Source: Octopus sinensis (Eukaryota). From it: a stretch of DNA of 64,000 nucleotides. Location of the stretch: positions 30,628,001 to 30,692,000 of the forward strand of contig NC_043002.1 of assembly GCF_006345805.1 (NCBI RefSeq), in the 5' to 3' direction. The translations under genes were made by a program, and so were the position numbers. Below the pieces are notes generated by a model. It was not told where the DNA came from, searched no databases, and worked only from the letters and a program-made list of their open reading frames with translations. Positions 50,130 to 64,000 of the stretch are shown here, piece after piece (within the stretch, counting starts at the first letter, position 1; every line of letters starts with the position of its first letter).

Positions 50130-50471
50130 ATAGTAGTGTAAACATATCTCTCTCACATATGAAATGAAAACGATATCCTTAAAACTCAAAAGAAAATGAG
50201 CAAAAATGTAACAAGTGACGAACAACTAGCACACATGTTTAAGCGGTAAATATGAGTTTTTCTTCGCAAATATATTGTTGAAATATACGTGAACATACAT
50301 GAGGTCAGCATTTAGGACAAATAAAACAGAGCTGATGTAAACAAGGGTTAAAAAAACGAAACGATCTTAATAAATAAAACGTGATTATCACTCACAACAT
50401 ACAATATTTAAATAATACGCACTCACAAAGAGATACAGCGGCACAAGGACAAACACAAATACATGCATATC

Positions 50472-50640
50472 GTTACGTTCTGAGTTCAAATTTCACCGAG
50501 GTCGACTTTGCCTTTCATCTTTTTGGGGTTGATTAAATAAGTACCAGTTAATCACTGGGGTCGATGTAAATGACTTAATCCCTTTGTCTGTCCTTGTTTG
50601 TCCCCTCTATGTTTAGTCCCTTGTGGGCAATAAAGAAATG
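50472..50640 (+). mobile_element. SINE family B (5'-truncated)
   Basis: ttacgttctgagttcaaatttcaccgaggtcgactttgcctttcatc...aagtaccag...cccttgtgggcaataaagaaat. Confidence 0.85.
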
Positions 50641-52744
50641 AATACATACAGACGAACATACGGAACAGATAAATACTTGGAACAAAGATAAGGCAAGGAA
50701 GTTTTGACGATTTACAAAGTTAAAATAGAATTGCACTTACGTATGAAAGAGCTAAAAACAAGATCATCTGCGGGGATAAATCTGTCAGTAAGAAAAATAC
50801 TTTTGTTTCTATGAAGTAGGATGATGAATTACGTAATGAGAATTTATTGTGATCATGATTGTAAGATGACAAAATACGTGATACTGAGGCGTCGTCATCT
50901 CAAGATGTTATCTGAACTGAAAGATCTGTGTCTTACTGCACAGAGTTCAAGATAAAGAAAATTTCAAAATGAAAAGTATACGAAGTAATAAATACGGTAT
51001 ATATAGAAGTATTATCACTATTTATAACACGAATTTACAGAGCGGTATAGTAATGTTACCCAAATATAAAATAGAACAACTTATATACACCGGAAATAAA
51101 ACAATAAACAAGCTGCACGCGGAAAATGACCTTGCATAAACCAGTGAATGCATCGCAACAGAATGCTCCGCATACAAAGCACATAATCACGCATGTAAAT
51201 AAGTAAAAGAAGCAGCAGAATAGAAGCAATTGTACGTGTAAAAGTGTGATGGGTAGGAGGGATTAGTTGTACAAAGATGTTGGGGGCAGCGAAAGATGTT
51301 ATACAATATATAATCTGCCGAATTAAAAATTTATGAAATAAAAGATTTACACGGAATGAGTGAAAAAGTATGATAAAACAATAATTAGTTTTTTTTTTTG
51401 GCTGTAATCTTTCTGAGGGTGGATGTGAGGAAACAAGAAGCCATATATTACCTTAGCGTTAGATGAATGAGTAAAATGAAAATATTTTAAAATATTTTCT
51501 CTTTCAACCCAGTAAACAGTAGACCTAAAATATTCAGTAATTGTCCCCATGTGAAATATCATCTGAAATGAAAATTTCTTTCTCCAGTTACACATGTACA
51601 TCTTTCAGGAAGCTTACAGCGAAGTTTATCATTAACAGTACTTTCAGATATCTACACCAGGCATTTGTTGACAGAAAACGAGCTCTTCTGCAACAAAACA
51701 ACGCACTCCCTTGTTGCTCGTAGTTGTGCGAGATGCTTTGGTTGACATGACATTGTTCTGCTGTTTTGATGTTGCTGCTGTTGTTGTTGTTAAGCAACAA
51801 GACGGGTAAGGGTGATTAGGTGATGGTCTAGGGCTTAGGGGTGGGAGATCCCAGACCTTGGAACAAAAAAACTTTGGTAGTCTTGTTGTAGTCGAGGGCT
51901 CTTCGTTGACGCCCGACACCATTGGGAGGTGGCCCTCGAAGTCGCTGGAAATGGAGATTTCCAGGTCCTAATTCTTGAACGGCTGATGTTGCTGCTGCTA
52001 CGCTTGTTGTTGTCATTGATACAGAAGTTAGGGTTAATATATTTTGTTACTACTATGTCTGCACTATTGATTGGTACGAAGTGACTACGGAACATGTTAT
52101 CACCTTCAAAACATCTCCAAATTCTTCTCTTCTCAGCCAGTTTACAAAGCTGGAGCTAGACTGAAATTATTTCAATGTTTCGAAAACTTTTCTCTCTTTT
52201 AAAATTTTGCCCTTATGCATCTGTCTGACACAGATATACAATAGAAAAAAAAAATTAAATACACAGAAAAAAAAAATCTGTGGAGAGCTGAAAATAATTT
52301 TTAACTGATGGAAATTATATCTCGAAAAAGTGAAAATTAATTAGCGTTAATGAAAATTAATCTTAGAGAAAGAAGGGAAGTAACTCTCCTAAATTAAACA
52401 ACTGTGCATAAGTAGAAGTAAAAATGAAACTGATCCTTGGCAACTATACTGACAACGACAGGTTTCTATTTTATACGAGTACTTCAGTGAAGTATTTTTT
52501 AAAAATGGCTGCCAAGCTAAACGACTAGTAGCATTATTTCCCGTCCCATTATTTCTTTTAAATACAAAAGAAAGCTAACATTAAAAACCAGCAAACCTGT
52601 GTTCCATAAAATACTTTTTACAAAAAAAAAAAAGAAATACACAAAAAATAACAAACAAACAATCAACATATTTGAAAATATTTTTCTTCCTCTCCTCTTC
52701 ATTGACTTTTTATATCTCAATTATATTCATTTGGTTTTAAAGTT

Positions 52745-52897
52745 TTCCGTCATAATCGTCATCATCCTCATCATCATCGTTATTGTTGTTGTTGTTGTTG
52801 TCGTTGTTGTTGTTGTCGTTGTTGTCGTTGTCGTTGTCGTTGTTGTTGTTGTTGTTGTTGTTGTTCTTCTGTTCTTCTTCTTCTTCTTCTTCTTCTC

Positions 52898-52954
<57 letters not shown>

Positions 52955-53150
52955 TTAAAAAAGAGAATGAAGACATTGTTAAAATCTTTCCACTGAATGT
53001 AAAAAGACACCCCTCCGTTTTGTAATCCATTTTTGTAATATTCCCCATTCTTTTCGCTCTTGTGGCAAAATGCAGAAATCCTTATGATTATTATAATTAT
53101 TCATATCATCATCATCATCATCATCATCGTGTTTATCACTATTATTATTC
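52745..53150. repeat. Compound trinucleotide microsatellite array (ATC)-(GTT/GTC)-(TTC)-(TTA)-(ATC)
   Basis: Adjacent runs of distinct triplets; source of the poly-V/F/Y/N/Q ORFs. Confidence 0.93.
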
Positions 53151-53435
53151 ATTCAGATGTTATATTTTTGATGTTTTGTCTTTTTTTTTTATCGTCATAT
53201 CATCATTTTTTCTCATTCATTCATGGTTGAGATTTCCCGCTGAAAATAATTAAAAAAGAAAATAATGAAGGCAAAATAATAATTACATGAAAACGTTAAC
53301 TTTGGCAAAGGCGGGGGCTGGGAGGTGTTACTTCTTTTCCTTCCTCCTCCCTCACTTCTATTTCTTCTTTTTCTTTTTCCTTTCTCTTACCCTTTCTTGA
53401 TTTTTCTTCTTGCTATATGAGTACTGTTGTAATTG

Positions 53436-53467
<32 letters not shown>

Positions 53468-54444
53468 GTTTTTGTCATAGCTTTTGGTCGCCGATGACGG
53501 TGGAGGTGATAGTAGAGATGTTGCCGTTGTTGTTGTTGCTGGTGGTGGTGGTTATTTTTGTTATTGATACCGTCGGCACTGCTGTTTCTGTTGTTGTGTT
53601 GTTGTTATTATTATTGTTAATGTCAATGTGAATTCTTAAAGTTGTTATTGTTTTAACTCTTGCTCTTGTTGTTTGCATTTTGTTAATTCTATTCAACTCT
53701 TTCAACCGCAAACGGAGAAAGATAAAAAAAAATATGATAAAACAAACAAACAAACAAGCTCTCCATGTAAAAAAAGAAATAGAGAGTAAAATGAAAGAAT
53801 GAATAAATAAAACCTTAATACACAATTCGAAAATATCAAAATGAAATAGAAAAAAAAACAAAAAAAAAACAGAAAAACAAATTGCTAAAAATATATTTAA
53901 AAATCAAAATCAAGGAAGCGTAAAAAATTATGTCAAATTGGGAAAAGAAAAATATGTTGAATATAAATAAATACAAAAATAAAATAAATGCGGAAACCAG
54001 CCTACCCCTTCAACCATAATAAAGAAATGATCTTTATAGAGTGTAGTATGTTTGTTATTCAATGGAGGGTTGCAAGGTGGATAGGGTGCCGCTGCCGCAT
54101 CAAACGGGTGTGGGATGGGTCTTGTACTTGGATTGTTTTGTGTTTTCTCTTATAAATGTGGTGCATATATTTTTTTATACCATCTCTTCCTTTATTTTCA
54201 CTTTTGCGTGTAGATGTGTGTGGCTTCGAGTATGTGAGTACGTACGTACGTACGCACGTATGTAGGTATGTATGTACGTATTTATTTATGTGTGTATGTA
54301 TGTATTTATGTGTGTATGCATGAATGCGTTTGTATGTATTTATGTATGTACGTAGATTCTTTATGTATGTAGGATGTATACATGTACACATGTATGTCGT
54401 ATGTACGTACATATTTATGTATGTCTCCCTCTCTTTCTTTCTAT

Positions 54445-54500
<56 letters not shown>

Positions 54501-54791
54501 CTATTAATGTGTGTGTGATGTGTGTTTCGATGTGTAATTGGGTCTGTATATGTATGCATGTATATATATAAGCATGTATGCATGTATGTATATATAATAA
54601 TATATATATGCATATTTATATATATGTATATATATGGATCTATCTATCTATCTTTTATCCCTACACACGTATATATAATACATACATAATAATATATATA
54701 TATATTATAATATATATATACTATGTGTTCTTCGTTGTGGATGTTTCTGAATGTATGTCAGTTTGATTCCCTGTGTGTCTGGTTGAGTTGT

Positions 54792-54835
<44 letters not shown>

Positions 54836-55196
54836 TGTACATGTACGTTTTCGTATGTGCGTGTTCTCTCACGGTACTGCTGCGTGTGGTGATGCTGGTG
54901 GTGCAAGTGCTGGTGCTGACTGAGGCAGCGGTGGCATCGGAGCTGGCGGTGGCGAGCTTATATGTAATTGTGTGCGTGTGCGGGCGTGTATGCTTGATGT
55001 GGCGGAGGCGACTGCGATGGCGGTGGTGATTGTGTATGTGTGTTGGTAGAAACGTCTTTTTCTCTTGTTCTCTACAAAACATTTCCACATCATTAATTTG
55101 ATTAAAAGAGGAACAAAACTAACAAACAAGCTAACAATAACTATTGGAATTAAAAACAAAAAAAACAAAAACAAAATAGATAGCTATAACAACAAG

Positions 55197-55235
<39 letters not shown>

Positions 55236-55526
55236 AACAATGATAATAGCAATAACGATAAAAAAATAATATTGTTGAAATTTAGTTTCCATTATTTTTT
55301 GACGATTCTTTCTCTCAATTGCATGCATTCTCTGGGGAGGAGCTACTGTTGTCATGGTGAGTATATAAATATGTATGTTTGTGGGTATGTATATCTGTGT
55401 GCGCCCGCGTACCAAAATGTGTATGTGTGTGTGTATTTGTGTCTGTGCGTATAGGTGTGTGCGTTTTAATGCGCAAAAGCACGCACGTCGCACACATAGG
55501 TTGACATATGCAAATACATCATTATA

Positions 55527-55567
<41 letters not shown>

Positions 55568-56530
55568 TATATACATATATATATAGATATAATATATAAT
55601 ATATATATAATACATATATACATGTGTGTGTATATTTGTATATATATATATATATATATATATATGTGCGTGATTGTGTGTGTGTGTGTGCTTGTATATG
55701 CATATGTGTGTGCGTGTGTGTATATGTATGTTTGTATATAGAAATACACGCACACACACACATACACACGCACACATATATATCAGTTCCATTTGAACGA
55801 AGGTACAAACATTCAGACGCCAATATATGTATATATGTGTGTATGTTTATATGCATGTATTTATGTGTATATACCGATATGCATTTGTGTGTACATTCAA
55901 TATGTTCATGAGTGTAGTATACGTGAGTATAATCCTTGATATCTATCTATGCATGTAGCATATAGTTATGTGTGTACGTGTCTATATATATAAAAGTATT
56001 ACGAATGAATGTATGAGATGAGCGGAATATAAAAAAAAGTTATTTTAAAAGTAACATCTCCTACGTTCTTTATTTCTTGGGATTCTTTGAAGCGTGTTAA
56101 AATTTGAAACTGCAGCGAAGACTGATTCTTCGCTTAGTCTGGAAACTCTTGGGTTCAGCCATGCAAGATTTTGTTTAAGAATTTTAATTGCGAAATTGCG
56201 ATTCAGTAAATCTAAATGCTTCTTGAGTGGAGAAAAAATATCAACTGAATAGATTTATATATATATGTGTAGACATGCATATATATGTGTATCTTAATAT
56301 ATATACTAGTGTTGTATTTAATGTATTTAGTATTCCTTGTATTTCGACCTGCTTCAATTGCTTATCCTTACATTTATTCCGCTACCCGATCAATTTTAAA
56401 CCTCTAGAGCAGTACTAAGTGTATTCTATATGGAGAATATCCGATTCTCATCTATCAACTCTATATATGATATTATTTTATATTATATAAAGTATGTATT
56501 ATATATTAGTATCATTCTGTTTATTTTATG

Positions 56531-56584
<54 letters not shown>

Positions 56585-56774
56585 CTATTTTAAGATTTCT
56601 TTCCAATAGAGAAAGAACCGGTCTCTAACCGAGATTCGAGGCTCCTGCATTGGAATTTCAACATACAGGGTATTTTGTATGTATGTGTGTATGTATGGAT
56701 GTATGTATGTATGTATATGTGTGTGTGTCTGTGTGTGGTATGTGTGTGTGTGTGTGTGTGTGTGGACCAGAATC

Positions 56775-56990
56775 ATTAGATGCTGCTATACACCACTGAT
56801 CACTATGCTCTTCCAATACCGTCTTGATTGCGCTATTCTGTTCCATCGACCCAAATTGCTTAACTAGATTGAGTTCTCATCGACGTGGAGGCCTTGCAAG
56901 TCACCTTTTTCCGATTGCACGTGACCACCTGTTGTCGGTGAACCTTGCGACATACTCGGACGAACGGAAATTGTGCTTTCAGTTTTCTGT
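56775..56990 (-). mobile_element. RTE-clade LINE ORF2 C-terminal fragment
   Basis: Minus strand translates to VARFTDNRWSRAIGKR*LARPPRR*ELNLVKQFG...QW, matching the RTE GHVAR-D-RW...R--GRP--RW motif. Confidence 0.7.
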
Positions 56991-57100
56991 AGAAGCATCG
57001 TACACGCCGATACGTTCTTGAATTATCACATTTCGAAAGCATACATACAGCACACACACACACACACCACACACAAACACACACACACACACCACACACC

Positions 57101-57177
<77 letters not shown>

Positions 57178-57275
57178 CATATAGGGAGCGCATGTCCACA
57201 AATGAATGCTGTGAAAAAATGTCTAATAGAATTATAGATGTGGATTACCTCCGTTTTCCTGATTATTATTAATAC

Positions 57276-57333
<58 letters not shown>

Positions 57334-57472
57334 ATAAGGGTAGAAATGAATTAATCAATTAAAACCAGTGGCCTAGCATATTTAAAAAAATCCGAAGATT
57401 AAAAATTTTATACAAACACAATCTGTATTAATTGCCTTGCATTTCACAGGTGTTAAAACTCTATTCTCTGAA

Positions 57473-57508
<36 letters not shown>

Positions 57509-57959
57509 TCACAGACACACACAGATATTCACTAACATGCACATGCATATATATATACACATACACAAACATATAGCTTCTAAAATAAACCTTTATTCAG
57601 AAACCGGGGTGCATATGTACATACTTATAAAATATGCGTATTTATGATATATTCTCATTCCTTATCATTCGACCCTTCACTAATCTCTACCTCTATGAAT
57701 ATCTACCGACAATAACTAAGTTTTATAAATATAAGGGAAATGGTAAGCAGATCACATTTTACCACTTTTTCTTGCGTAAACAGAAGTGATAAAAATTATA
57801 TTTTTATTCTTTTATATTTCTGCTTCAAATTTTCATAAATAAGCACGTTTAAATTATGCAATTGTAGCTATAGTTAAGATAAAGGACAAGATATAGCTGT
57901 ACACATGCGCACGCATAAATATGCTTGTATCTATGTATATAAATACATACATCTATGTA

Positions 57960-58009
<50 letters not shown>

Positions 58010-58079
58010 CACAATAAAATATATATACATATTAATATGTATATATATATGCGTAGATATATGTACGTATATATATATA

Positions 58080-58116
<37 letters not shown>

Positions 58117-58271
58117 CACATATGTATATATATAATCTTTCTTTCTCTCCTCTCTATATATATATATATACATACACACATATATATATACATGTGTGTA
58201 TATATAACATGGACATATATATATATATATTGATAGATAGATAGATACATACATGTATGTATCTATATCTT

Positions 58272-58316
<45 letters not shown>

Positions 58317-58368
58317 ATATATATTATATATATATATATATATTATATATATTATGTGTGTGTGTGTA

Positions 58369-58421
<53 letters not shown>

Positions 58422-59761
58422 GTTTTATCTTGTTTTCTTTTTGTATTTTCAATACCTTTATTCAGTTATTTTGTATAAACTTATAGCAGCAATCTCTAAT
58501 TCGTAATTTTGCACTGTCGTTGCGTCGAGTACCACACTAAATTATTTACTACAAATTGCAACACACTGCAATGAAACAAACACGTTAATCGTATCGAAAG
58601 CTTGTAAAGCAACAATGAGTACAAAGTCAATATAGGATATCTCTTGTATTAATTATACTATATATGCTGAAGGCCCTTGTGCACCTGCAGGTGATACTAT
58701 GTGTAGCAAGACACCATCTCGACTAAAATAAATATACCATCCATTTGAGTTTATGTGCAACGTAACAGGGATGCATCGTTAGAATACCGAATTCTGCGTT
58801 AGTAGATTTGATTGATCCTCTCATATGGGTGCTTGGCGCATCAAGCACACATATTCGTATATAAATTTCGTGTGCAACCATCTATGTGTGTACTTTTATG
58901 CGCCAAGTGTCTGTATGACTTGATCTCTCAGGGCTAACAGTGCTGTATTCGGTGTTCTAATGTCCCATCCATGGCGTCTGTAGTAATTAATTATTAATCT
59001 GTTGATATTATTGTATCATGTAAGTTGTGTGTGTGTGTGTGTGTGTAAAATTTGCTACCGTAATAAACAAATTTTGCCTGACATTTGAAATAATTATTGC
59101 GGTTAATCTATGGAGCTCTCTGCTACTGATATCAAAGATTGTTTAGACTAGCTTCGTCTATCATTAGAATTTCTTCAGCATTCGCTTTAAAGAGACAAAT
59201 AGTATAAGGCTCCAAGCTACTGTTTGAGAGAAGCTTGACTGCTATAATTAGCTAGTCCTCCGAATGCGCAGACGTTCCTCTGATGGACCATATATACTTT
59301 AAGTAGCTGAAGAATATATTGTCCAACGAGGACGTATAATTACTGTATAAAAAGTAGTTTTGTCATGATTCAAATGCGTTTGTGCCTAAGATCAGCTGCA
59401 TTTGAGGCAAAACAGTAACAATAATAAAATCAGACAAAAAACAACACAAACACCAAACAATGATAAATCTCAAGCAATTGCGAAGCTTGAAGTCCTATTT
59501 CAAACTTTTGGAGGGCTAGCTCAGTGAATACTGGAAAGGAAAGATCGTATACCAAAGGTGTTACGTGAGATCAAGAAATGTTAATAAGATTAAAAAGAAG
59601 AAAAACAAGTAATGATGCTGTATTCCTTTACAGTGTGGATTGATAGAAGAAACGTTTCCCAAAATTGGCCTTATTCATTAGGATAAAAAATTTAAAGACT
59701 AATGTCAATTTTTTATGAAGCAAGTGGAGCGATGTGGGAATTGAAACCGCAAACATAATGT

Positions 59762-60040
59762 TTGTTCCTTCTCTGGCTCATAAGGGCCGGTTTCCCAGTT
59801 TCCATGGCGTATAGGTCCCCCCCCCCTGGACGGGACGTCGGTCCGTCGCAGGTGAGCTGCAAGATGCAGGAGGAAAGAGTGAGAGAAAGTTGTGGCGAAA
59901 GAGTCAGCAGAAGTTCACCTTTGCCTTCTGCCGGAGCTGCGTGGAGCTTAGGTGTTTAGCTCATAAACACACACATCACCCGGTCTGAGATTCGAATCCG
60001 CGATTCCGCTGCTCTAACCACTGGGTCATTGCACCTTCAC
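59762..60040 (-). mobile_element. tRNA-derived SINE (family C-related)
   Basis: Minus strand reads gacccagtggttagagcagcggaatcgcggattcgaatctcagaccgg (tRNA-like head); the tail catggaaactgggaaaccggcccttatgagccag is shared with 2360-2400. Confidence 0.8.
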
Positions 60041-61588
60041 AAGTAAAGAAATTACGACATCCTAATTCTTTCTGCCAGAGTTTGTATTCTGAGAGAAACA
60101 AAAACAAGATTGCACTATAAACTTATAGAAACACTAGCATCCATACAAAAACTGCATTTATTTGTTTATATTGTAATATATACTTGTGTAAATACAAAAA
60201 CTAAACCAAGGACAAATTTGAATATACATGTAAATATATATGTGTGTAAATATGAGTGCGACTGTGTAGACATGTATATGTGTGTGCGTATGTTTGCATC
60301 TAAGTATATTTGTATGTATGTATGTATGTATGTATGTATGTATGTATGTATGTATGTATGTATGTATGTATGAATGTAAGTCTGTATGTATGTATGTATG
60401 TATGTATGTATGTATGTATGTATGTATGTATGTATGTATGTATGCAAGCATGTATGTGTGTATGTACGTATGTATGCTTATTTCTGTATACTTTAATTCT
60501 CATATTCATTTACGAGTTTTAATCATTGGACAGCGGCCATGGTGTGGTACGATCTTTAACGTTTACGTAGATAAAAAAAAATACAATGAAACAGAAGAGG
60601 AGTTCTTATTTTTAAATCTGTGATTCATCGTGTTGGTCAATTTTGGCCAAAATGATAATTTGCAGAGGCATGAAATATCCAACAGCGGTTTTTAAACGGC
60701 CGGGAACTTACGGCGGCAAACACTTGGATGCGTGCACATATACATAAATACATAAATATAAGGACACAAGCACACATATATAAGATAGCATTGCACACAT
60801 ACATGCACCCAGATACACATACACACACATATACACACATACATGCATACATTAATGTAAACATGTATTATAAACAGATGTGTTAATTGATATGTGTTTG
60901 TGGGTCTGTAATCGAAAATATATATATGCATGTGTGTGCGTGTGCACTAATCGAATACTGCACATACAAAAATTTACGAAGATAATTATGGAATGATAAA
61001 ACTTTGACAAACTCAATCTAGAACTTGGCTCTTCTTCCCACAATGCTTCTAACTCAAGGTTTCTGCAACCAACCACATGTATATGTATATATATATATAC
61101 ATATATATATACACATATACATTGATCAGAGAACAACATCAAATTCGAGTCAAAGACTTTATATATAACACCACGCCTCCAAGGATTTGATCATATATAA
61201 TTATTACCATGGCCTTGAAACATAAACCATATATGTAAAAAAGAAACGCAGAAGGTAAAAATATGTATGCGAATAAAAATACAGATATATAGAACGGCTT
61301 CTGAAGGAGGTATACACAATAGACTCAAAATTTTAAAGCGTCTAAATAAAATAAAATGTCAACCAACTAAAAAAAATTTCTTTCTTAATCCCCTCAAACA
61401 AAAAATTATGTCGATAAAGTTCATATCATTAAAAAAGATTGTAGTATGGAGTACAGGAGCAAAAAGAGTTCCACAAAATCAAGCATATATATACACACAA
61501 ATATATATATATACACGCATATATACATACATATGTATACATACATGCACACACATGCACACAAACGCACACCCCCACCACACACACA

Positions 61589-61638
<50 letters not shown>

Positions 61639-62062
61639 ACACACACATACATATACAACAAAGGAGTGCTCCAGCATGGCCACAGTCGAATGACTGAAGC
61701 AAGTAAGGAATAAAAAAATATATGTATGTTTATATGTATGTGTGTGTATGCATATTTTTATATGCAAACGTTTTATTTAAGAGTTCAGCTATAATAAAGA
61801 ATATCTTAGAGTAATCTGAAACGTATCACCTTACTGATTAGAGTTACAAATTTAATTTTCATTAGGAAAAATATTTTGACAGTGAATTCGAAATTTGGTC
61901 AGCTAAACCAGACTGGATGCATTAAGTCAATGGTGTCTTCACTTTATATAGTGTCTGTTGATATATAATTGTATGCACATACATACATACATACATACAT
62001 ACATACATACATACCCATACATACATACATATATATATACATTATATATACATGTACACACA

Positions 62063-63293
62063 CAAAGGGTGTTCATTAAAGATTTTCCCTGACCCACTTC
62101 CCAAGGAATGGGATAAACGAAACTTGGCGTACTTATTAGTCCTCCTCTACATAGCCACCATCAATGGTGACACACTTCTCTCATCGCTTTTATGCAACCG
62201 AGAAAACTTCGGCTGGAGATGTGGGTAAGTTGTGTCTGGAGCGAAGACTTTACCTCAGAAATATGACCATCATCATCTGAAAAGTGCTTCCCCTTCAAAA
62301 AGACTACGTATTGGAGTCTACCTTCTCCTGCTGAACAATTGAGTCCACCTTCTCCAAGACTTGTCTTGGAGAGGGTGGACTCCTATGATCAACATGTCAC
62401 GCCTCTCTGCTTTCATGGCTTCCTGTAATTTCTGAAGCCAGAAGCATAATATGCCCCGTTAATTGTGGTGTCCTTTGCCAGAATATCCATCAACATTACT
62501 CTGCGCTGGTCCCAAGAGACTGCGAGCATCACCTTGCTGGATGAGGGTTGGACACGATCCTCCGTTGCAGGTGGTGAGTTATGTATGCTTATGTATGCTT
62601 ATGTATGCAATTGCTTCCATTGCTTTGACTAGACTTTAGTCTTAGGATAATATTTCGTCCTGTGTGGTGTGTCAGCTGAAAAAATTCCTCCGCGTTTTCT
62701 TTGCATATTGCCAAAAGAGCCTTGGAGCAACTGACTCGTTCCTGCTTCTCGAAAGCTGTGAGCATCCGGGGAATCGATCGTGTAGACAACTTCCGCATGT
62801 GCAAATCGTCGTGAATGATTTTTTTCCATGCACCATACACTTATCTCCACTTCTTGGAGTAGTTTCCGAATAGTTATGTGAAGAACTTCCAAAATGGCGG
62901 CTTCCACTTTATGAATGGGGTCGTCATCAATGATGGTGTAAAGTGGTCGTCTAGGAATTGGAGCAGTTTCCACTGATGTCTCACCACATTTCAATTGGTG
63001 ATGCCAGTGCTTTACTACGTCGTATGATGGCTCATCATCACTATAAGCTCTTTACATCTCATCGAAAGTCTTTTTGGTGTATGGCCTTTCAATAATAAGA
63101 CCTGACAACTGATCTGCATTCAACCGCCTCCATTAGAGTCCACGTCAGCAGCCGTAAACGACAAACGAATACTAGAAGAAAGCTACAATTTATAAGGTGA
63201 CATAAAGAGACATGTATGATTATACCCGTACAAGTTCCGTTACCTGCACTTAGCGAAAGTGGGTCAAGGGAGATCTTTAGTGAAAACCCCTAG
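62063..63293 (-). mobile_element. Mariner transposon (decayed, near full length, 1.23 kb)
   Basis: TIRs gggtgttcattaaagattttccctgacccactt / aagtgggtcaagggagatctttagtgaaaacccc; TA follows the right end. Minus-strand transposase remnants are PSYDVVKHWH..LKCGETSVE..P..RP, IIHDDLHMRKLSTRSIPRMLT (WVPR equivalent), VQPSSSKVMLAVSWDQ..V..MD.L.K.TTING.YY and KCVTIDGGYVE*. Confidence 0.92.
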
Positions 63294-63629
63294 TATATAT
63301 AATTGAAAGTTTTCAATTGTGGAACACGACTGTCACGACATAACCTGATGACTGCGTAACACATGAAAGTACTAGTTTAATTCAATATTGGGAAATTGTA
63401 AAACCTGCAAATAATAAAACGTGAAAATTAGATTAAGTGTGAATTTCATTCAGTTAAATACACACGCACAAACACACAGACACACACACATATGCATATG
63501 TACGCATATGTGCACACATATATTGTGTAAATACATGTATCTTTAAATATATTACGTATATACACACATATATATGTGTGTGTTTATGTATATATACATA
63601 CATATAAATATATATATATAGATACGTAT

Positions 63630-63671
<42 letters not shown>

Positions 63672-64000
63672 GAAACCATATTTTATTTATACACTTGATT
63701 TCACCTCTGTTGGAAAGGAAATAACTACACATGTTTTATTCTAGCTGGTTTTATATCGTGTACGTGTGAGCACACGTGTTTACATAAGAGAAGAATATAT
63801 TACCAAACTGTTGTGAGGTTATTCTGAAAGCCATTTAATCTTGAAAAATATTAGCTGCCATAAGTGACACTTGAGACGAGCTTGTCGCAGAACTGGTATC
63901 TGAATATTTGCAACGACGTGACTGTGAAATGTAAGCCAAACGACACCTGTTCTGCAGGTTTTCCTTGTCAGATGTGCGACTAGTATAGAGTTCACACTAA

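Noticed and set aside
53990-54125. Minus frame PIPHPFDAAAAPYPPCNPPLNN... with a possible donor GAAGGG|GTAGGC
   Set aside because: There is no polypyrimidine acceptor and no recognisable homology; insufficient support for an exon.

Overview
This is AT-rich, non-coding-dominated eukaryotic genomic DNA. The density of (AT)n/(CA)n/(TATC)n/(TAA)n microsatellites and the tRNA-derived SINE types point to a coleoid cephalopod, probably Octopus (inference). I cannot support any intact host gene, rRNA, true tRNA or CRISPR array, and nearly all ORF-track entries are translated microsatellites. The window is a graveyard of transposable elements. The LINE remnants are an L1/Tx1-type lacking its RT core, an I-group RT, an R4/Dong-type RT beside (TAA)n tracts, and CR1/L2-type and RTE 3' ends. 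The DNA elements are a mariner, an internally deleted piggyBac, a Chapaev3-like 3' end, hAT derivatives, a MITE and Helitron-like non-autonomous elements. Three SINE families are also present. The most interesting signal is a recurrent set of hammerhead-ribozyme (HHR) motifs read by eye (CUGANGA...GAAA...UH). One looks essentially intact (37846-37907, minus). Several sit inside long fold-back palindromes, and one lies next to a Penelope-like GIY-YIG remnant. This suggests a family of small ribozyme-bearing, Penelope-derived or retrozyme-like fold-back elements. All alignments and folds were done manually and need computational confirmation.
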